Source: Nitrospirota bacterium
GTDB taxonomy: Bacteria; JACPQY01
NCBI GenBank assembly: GCA_016180645.1
Contig: JACPAV010000018.1
Location: 62,001 to 121,034, forward strand
DNA length: 59,034 bases
Reading direction: 5' to 3'
Shown here: piece after piece, positions 54,002 to 59,034 of the stretch
Numbering within the stretch: position 1 is the first letter of the stretch
Layout: each line of letters starts with the position of its first letter
Made by a program: the position numbers and the translations under genes
Notes under the pieces: model-generated
Told to the model about the DNA's origin: nothing
Seen by the model: only the letters and a program-made list of their open reading frames with translations
Database searches by the model: none

Positions 54002-55420
54002 ATGCCCTCCAAAGGACGGCAGGCGCGCCGGCTTCCCCGATGGGGAATGACCCTCGCCATTGCCGCGTGCTTGGCCGCACTCGCGGGCTTGGCCTCCCCT
54101 TTCGTCTTCGTCTACCTCCAAGGAGGGGAAATCCATTTCACGAGCTACGATGGCCTCCGGATCGTTGCCGGAGATCGCACCGCCCAGTCCCTCATTCGCA
54201 ACCTGGATCTCTCATCCAAAGCGGCTGGGCAGGTGGATGATCTCAACCGGCTGAACGAGACGGACCGCTTCAAATTCCTGCTCTATCGCGCGCTCGCGGA
54301 CGTTCTCAGGCGAAACCGCCAACCCGAGGCGGCGGCCTATATCCTGGGTCGGCTCAGTCGGGACCCGGCCGTTCACTCCATGCAGACCAGCCTCTTCCGC
54401 TACATGGGGTCCCTTCAACAGGAAATGGGGGACTACCGCTTCGCCATCGAAAGCTACGAAAAAGCGCTCAGCGGCATCCAGGACCCTTCCGAACGCTACT
54501 ACACGTACCGATCGATTGCCGACTGCCTCGTCAGCCTCCAACAGTACGGCCGCGCTCGCCGGTTGTACCGCGAACTCCTGGAAACGGTTCCCTCCACACA
54601 CGGCCTCGGACCTGAGTACCTGAAGGACATATACCGGCGTCTCTCAGACGTAGAACGATACGCGGGCGAAATCCGCCAATCCGCCAAGTACTTGGATCTG
54701 GCCCTCGAAAAATCCCAGAACGATCTCCGCGAGCGGAACGCCATTCTGTTCGATCGAGCGCAACTCGAAATCGGCATCGGGGACTATGAAACGGCCCTGC
54801 GAACGTTGGCCGACCATATCGAAACTCAGGCTTCAGAGGTGTCCGCGCCGCCGTCCGCCGATCTGAACGTCATGCTGATCAATCTCTACCTTCGCTCAAG
54901 AAAGTACCCCGAGGCCAAAAATCTGTTCCTCAAGATCGTTTCTTCGCGGGAAATCAGCGCGGACCGGCTTTCTCAGCCCGGCGTCCGGTTGGCCACTTCC
55001 CTCCTGGAGGGATCCGACCCTTCATCCGCCTTCAAAGTGCTCGACGCCCTCGCGGCCATGAACGGCACCCAAGAGACCCTGGACCAGCTGGCCCTGACCG
55101 AATGGGCACTGATGAGCATCGAGGACGGCGGGCCGGAACGAATCCGACAGGCATGGCAAAGAATCGGTGCCTCCCAATCGCTGCAAGTCCCGAAGCCCGA
55201 CCTCGACTTCATGGAAGCGTACACCCTCGAACGGGCCGGCCGATCGGAGGAGGCCCTGAGACAATACCTCGCCCTCTCGGATAAGAATGCGCCGACATCG
55301 ATGGAGTTCTTCCGCCAGGTCGCATACCGAAAAGTGGGCCAGGCCGAGGCCAAGCGCCCCATCAGTCCAAACCGCAAGCTGGTCGAAATCAAGCACGGTG
55401 GGGAGGACCCCTCCCGATGA
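54002..55420 (+). CDS. Membrane-anchored TPR protein
   Basis: N-terminal TM and TPR-like repeats (MGDYRFAIESYEKAL, QQYGRARRLYRELL, GDYETALRTL, GRSEEALRQY). Confidence 0.8.
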   Translation: MPSKGRQARRLPRWGMTLAIAACLAALAGLASPFVFVYLQGGEIHFTSYDGLRIVAGDRTAQSLIRNLDLSSKAAGQVDDLNRLNETDRFKFLLYRALADVLRRNRQPEAAAYILGRLSRDPAVHSMQTSLFRYMGSLQQEMGDYRFAIESYEKALSGIQDPSERYYTYRSIADCLVSLQQYGRARRLYRELLETVPSTHGLGPEYLKDIYRRLSDVERYAGEIRQSAKYLDLALEKSQNDLRERNAILFDRAQLEIGIGDYETALRTLADHIETQASEVSAPPSADLNVMLINLYLRSRKYPEAKNLFLKIVSSREISADRLSQPGVRLATSLLEGSDPSSAFKVLDALAAMNGTQETLDQLALTEWALMSIEDGGPERIRQAWQRIGASQSLQVPKPDLDFMEAYTLERAGRSEEALRQYLALSDKNAPTSMEFFRQVAYRKVGQAEAKRPISPNRKLVEIKHGGEDPSR

Positions 55421-58400
55421 CTTCGCGCAGCCGCCCCCCGTTCTTTCTCCGTCCCCTGGTTTCCCTGTTCGCGTGCGCCGCCCTGTTCGGCCCGGCGGTT
55501 CAAGCGAGAGCGGAAGTGAGCGGATACCACCGGTTCAACGTCGATTGGGTCAACAATGCAGGCGACACCAGCGGCTGGGTCGACTTCGAGGGAGAACTGG
55601 CCGATCAGGATGAGTGGCACATCCACTTCGACATCACCGATACAAACAACAAGGATGGCTTGGGCGCGCGGCGCTCCCACGTCGCTTGCACCGCCATCGA
55701 TGGCCCGGAGTACTACCTGATCACGAACCCGGATGTGTATGACCTGGACGTTTCGGACACTTCGAGCATCGACCCGTGGCGCTTCACCGTCTACACCGAG
55801 GCGTGGGAAGATGACTATGGAAGCTGCGACAGCAGCTACGTTGGATCCGCTCCCTGGTGGGCCGATGTCGACGAGTGGTGTTCAAGCGGGAGCGTCAACG
55901 GGGACAACACGACGGGAACGGAGGGCGCCTGGCAAGAAAACCAAGTCGGCGGAGCATGTTGGGTTCGCTGGCGGCGGAAATGGGACGATTTTCGGACCCC
56001 GGATATCACAACATTCACCGACGACGGAAACAAGGCATACGACCTCACCTACAACACCCAAGCCGACCTCTCGGACGTCATGGGGCTTGGCGCCACGAAA
56101 AACGTCCACTACAAGTACGACGCCTGCCCCACCACGGGCGACGTCTCGGTCGCGATGTCCTTCGTATCGGGCAATAACTACCGAGGAACGATTCCCGCCC
56201 CGGGAGCGGGGAACTGGAACAAAACCCTGTACTGGATCGTTCGGGCGTGCGACACCCAGGGAAATTGCCTCACCTCGTCCTGCCAGACGGGCGGCCGAAT
56301 CACGGACCCGTACGCACCCACCGTAACGCTGAGCAATGTCGCGGGGTCGTGGGTTCAATCGGATGTGATCAACTTCGCCTGCTCCGATAGCGGCAGCGGA
56401 TGCCAATCCACCTTCTGGTGGGACTACGATGCCGACGGCGTCTGCTCAACCAACTCCGCCATCTACGCGAATAGCACGACACTCACGTCCGTCACCATCA
56501 ATACCACACACAATGATTACATTTGTCTCTTGGTGAAAGACAACGAGCCCAACGTGAGCACCACCAGCGCACGCCTCTGGGTGGACGCCACCAATACCGT
56601 TCTCAACGCCTCCTCGTTCTCAGGGTGCAACTACGTCAACGGCTCCATCTGCTGGGTAAAAAACGGAACCAACTTCACGGTTCGGCTCCGTTACTACGAC
56701 CAACACAGCGAACCATCCGGCAATCAGTTTCTATCGTTCACCAGCGGATGTACTCCGAACAATTGCGGCTGCGCCTGGTATGAACTGTGTGCCACAGGCA
56801 ACGAGATCAAGTCCTACATCGATACCGACCCCGTAGGAGGATATGCCGACTCCCATTGGAATGACAGCTACCTCAACATTACAGGCGCCTCGTGCACCGA
56901 AGCAGGGGGATGTACCGGAAACTATGCGCAGATGGACTTCACGGTCACCGGCGGCAGTTCGGAAAAGAATTACGATATCTACGGATTCCAGTACGATCTG
57001 GTGGGAAACGGGCCGGCAGCGGGCTACAATGATACGGGCCTCGACTTGAGACTGGACAACACCGCGCCCACTTTCGGCGCCGTCACGCCCGCCAACACCG
57101 CCACGGCACTTTACGTCGACGGCACGTTCGACCTCAGCACCACTTTCGCCGACGGCACGGGCTCCGGCGTCGCCTCCTGCCAATACTGCAAGTCCACCGA
57201 CGGCGTATGCGACACCGAGTGGGCCGCCGCCACCTGGAGCGCCGGCACCTGCTCCGTCACCGGCCTGACCTGCACGAACGGCCAGGCCCTCACCCTCAAC
57301 ATGCGCGCGACTGACAACGTCGGGATCGTGGGGCAAGCCTCTGGAGCCAGCCGCACCTGCGACACCACAACCCCAACGTTCGGAACCGTGACCCCGGCCA
57401 ACACGGCCACCGCCACCTACGTCGACGGAACCTTCGACCTCTCCACCACGTTCAGCGATACGGGATCGAACGTCGCCTCCTGCCAATACTGCAAGTCCAC
57501 CGACGGCGTGTGCGACACCGAGTGGGCCGCCGCCACCTGGAGCGCCGGCACCTGCTCCTTCACCGGCACAACCTGCACCAACGGCCAGACCGTAACCCTC
57601 AACATGCGCGCCTACGACGGCGTCAACAACCTCGGCACCGCCACCGCCGTCTCACGCACCTGCGACACAACAACCCCAACGTTCGGAACCGTGACCCCGG
57701 CCAATACCGCCACAGCCTCCCACGTGGACGGGACGTTCGATCTCTCCACCACGTTCAGCGATACGGGATCGAACGTCGCCTCCTGCCAATACTGCAAATC
57801 CACCGACGGCACCTGCGACACCGAGTGGGTCAACGCCACCTGGAGCGCAGGCACCTGCTCCTTCACCGGCGCAACCTGCACGAACGGTCAGGCCCTCACC
57901 CTCAACATGCGCGCCTACGACGCAGTCAACAACCTCGGCACCGCCACCGCCGTCTCACGCACCTGCGACACCGCCGTCCCCACGTTCGGCACCGTCACAC
58001 CCGCCAACACGGCCACCGCCACCCACGTCGACGGAACCTTCGACCTATCCACTACCTTCGCCGACGGCACCGGCGCCGGCGTCGCCTCCTGCCAGTACTG
58101 CAAATCCACCGACGGCACCTGCGACACCGAGTGGGCCGCCGCCACCTGGAGCGCAGGCACCTGCTCCTTCACCGGCACGACCTGCACCAACGGCCAAACC
58201 GTAACGCTCAACATGAGGGCCGCCGACAGCGTCGGCAATCAGTGGGGCACCGCCACGCAAGTCTCACGCACCTGCGATACCGCCGTTCCCACGTTCGGCA
58301 CCGTCACGCCCGCCAACACGGCCACCGCCACCCACGTCGACGGAACCTTCGACCTGTCCACAACCTTTGCCGATGGCACGGGCGCCGGCGTCGCCTCCTG

Positions 58401-59034
58401 CCAATACTGCAAATCCACCGACGGCACCTGCGACACCGAGTGGGCCGCCGCCACCTGGAGCGCCGGCACCTGCTCCTTTACCGGCGCAACCTGCACGAAC
58501 GGCCAGGCCCTCACCCTCAACATGCGGGCCGCCGACAGCGTCGGCAATCAGTGGGGCACCGCCACGCAAGTCTCACGCACCTGCGATACCGCCGCCCCAC
58601 CCGTTCCCACGATCTCCTCCGTAACGAATACGGGCAACCTGAAACTCACCGTCAACTGGTCCACCGTTGTCGACGCCGGCTCCGGCCTCGCCAACTATGA
58701 ACTCGACCGGATCGGCGCCGGCCAGATCGCCACCCCCGCCTCGGGAGCCACCTCGTACCAAGACACCGTCGCCTCGGACAATACCGAGTACTGCTACCAG
58801 ATGCGCTCCAAGGACAATGTCGGGAACCTAAGCGCCAATTCCACGCAGAAATGCGCCACCGCCATCATCGCCAACGAAACCATCGCCGCCGAAGTCAAAG
58901 GCTTCCCCGCCTCCGCCACCGACCAAGGCGGCACCTACATCGGCACCTACGTCGGCGCCGGAACCACCGTCTACCTCCTCAGCGCCAACGGCACCGTCGC
59001 CGACAGCGAAGCCCTCCCGGGCGCCTCGGGGTCC
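55417..59034 (+). CDS. Large secreted Cys/Thr-rich surface protein with tandem Ig-like repeats and an FN3-like domain; runs off the window (>1200 aa)
   Basis: ATGA overlap with the TPR gene; signal peptide MTSRSRPPFFLRPLVSLFACAALFGPAVQARA; frame read by hand with no stop found; absent from the ORF track because it has no stop codon. Confidence 0.9.
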   Translation, partial: MTSRSRPPFFLRPLVSLFACAALFGPAVQARAEVSGYHRFNVDWVNNAGDTSGWVDFEGELADQDEWHIHFDITDTNNKDGLGARRSHVACTAIDGPEYYLITNPDVYDLDVSDTSSIDPWRFTVYTEAWEDDYGSCDSSYVGSAPWWADVDEWCSSGSVNGDNTTGTEGAWQENQVGGACWVRWRRKWDDFRTPDITTFTDDGNKAYDLTYNTQADLSDVMGLGATKNVHYKYDACPTTGDVSVAMSFVSGNNYRGTIPAPGAGNWNKTLYWIVRACDTQGNCLTSSCQTGGRITDPYAPTVTLSNVAGSWVQSDVINFACSDSGSGCQSTFWWDYDADGVCSTNSAIYANSTTLTSVTINTTHNDYICLLVKDNEPNVSTTSARLWVDATNTVLNASSFSGCNYVNGSICWVKNGTNFTVRLRYYDQHSEPSGNQFLSFTSGCTPNNCGCAWYELCATGNEIKSYIDTDPVGGYADSHWNDSYLNITGASCTEAGGCTGNYAQMDFTVTGGSSEKNYDIYGFQYDLVGNGPAAGYNDTGLDLRLDNTAPTFGAVTPANTATALYVDGTFDLSTTFADGTGSGVASCQYCKSTDGVCDTEWAAATWSAGTCSVTGLTCTNGQALTLNMRATDNVGIVGQASGASRTCDTTTPTFGTVTPANTATATYVDGTFDLSTTFSDTGSNVASCQYCKSTDGVCDTEWAAATWSAGTCSFTGTTCTNGQTVTLNMRAYDGVNNLGTATAVSRTCDTTTPTFGTVTPANTATASHVDGTFDLSTTFSDTGSNVASCQYCKSTDGTCDTEWVNATWSAGTCSFTGATCTNGQALTLNMRAYDAVNNLGTATAVSRTCDTAVPTFGTVTPANTATATHVDGTFDLSTTFADGTGAGVASCQYCKSTDGTCDTEWAAATWSAGTCSFTGTTCTNGQTVTLNMRAADSVGNQWGTATQVSRTCDTAVPTFGTVTPANTATATHVDGTFDLSTTFADGTGAGVASCQYCKSTDGTCDTEWAAATWSAGTCSFTGATCTNGQALTLNMRAADSVGNQWGTATQVSRTCDTAAPPVPTISSVTNTGNLKLTVNWSTVVDAGSGLANYELDRIGAGQIATPASGATSYQDTVASDNTEYCYQMRSKDNVGNLSANSTQKCATAIIANETIAAEVKGFPASATDQGGTYIGTYVGAGTTVYLLSANGTVADSEALPGASGS
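57055..58584 (+). repeat. Five tandem in-frame repeats of 303-309 bp (101-103 aa)
   Basis: Units start at 57055, 57361, 57664, 57967 and 58276; each reads D...PTFG.VTPANTATA..VDGTFDLSTTF...VASCQYCKSTDG.CDTEW..ATWSAGTCS.TG.TCTNGQ..TLNMRA.D..G.....SRTC. Confidence 0.95.

Noticed and set aside
57055-58584. Tandem repeats as CRISPR or DGR template/variable repeats
   Set aside because: Units are ~300 bp, in frame and coding; differences are not adenine-specific and no reverse transcriptase is present.
1-59034. tRNA, rRNA, integrase or transposase genes
   Set aside because: None recognised; T-loop-like matches such as GGTTCGAATC near 11152 lie inside coding sequence without a cloverleaf.

Overview
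GC-rich bacterial chromosomal window with four parts. (1) 1-7.6 kb: the 3' end of a molybdopterin oxidoreductase (nitrate-reductase-like), then moaA and a sigma-54-type operon mobA-moaD-moaE-moaCB-TauE/SafE-moeA that ends in a degenerate enhancer-binding-protein AAA+ domain. (2) 7.6-19.7 kb: a mixed region with a Uma2 nuclease, a TMTC-like TPR membrane protein, a two-ATPase cassette bracketed by inverted copies of a 101-bp REP/MITE-like element, an SDR, yaaR-holB, an ion transporter and a PuuD-like protein. (3) 19.8-53 kb: a 33-kb cluster of nine cobalamin-binding radical SAM genes (one disrupted), a U32 (UbiU/UbiV-like) pair, a heme-oxygenase-like diiron enzyme, two SAM methyltransferases, a polysaccharide deacetylase, a DPM1-like GT2, six GT-C-like membrane proteins and two exported alpha/alpha-barrel proteins. 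An unannotated 27-aa ORF precedes it. (4) 53.2 kb to the end: a CRP-box-preceded operon of a lipoprotein, a TPR protein and a >1200-aa Cys-rich surface protein with five tandem Ig-like repeats, which the ORF track misses. The best candidate for an undescribed system is part 3 with part 4: a radical-chemistry cell-surface glycan or glycolipid tailoring locus. The second candidate is the REP-bracketed ATPase pair. All calls come from reading motifs by eye; no searches were run.
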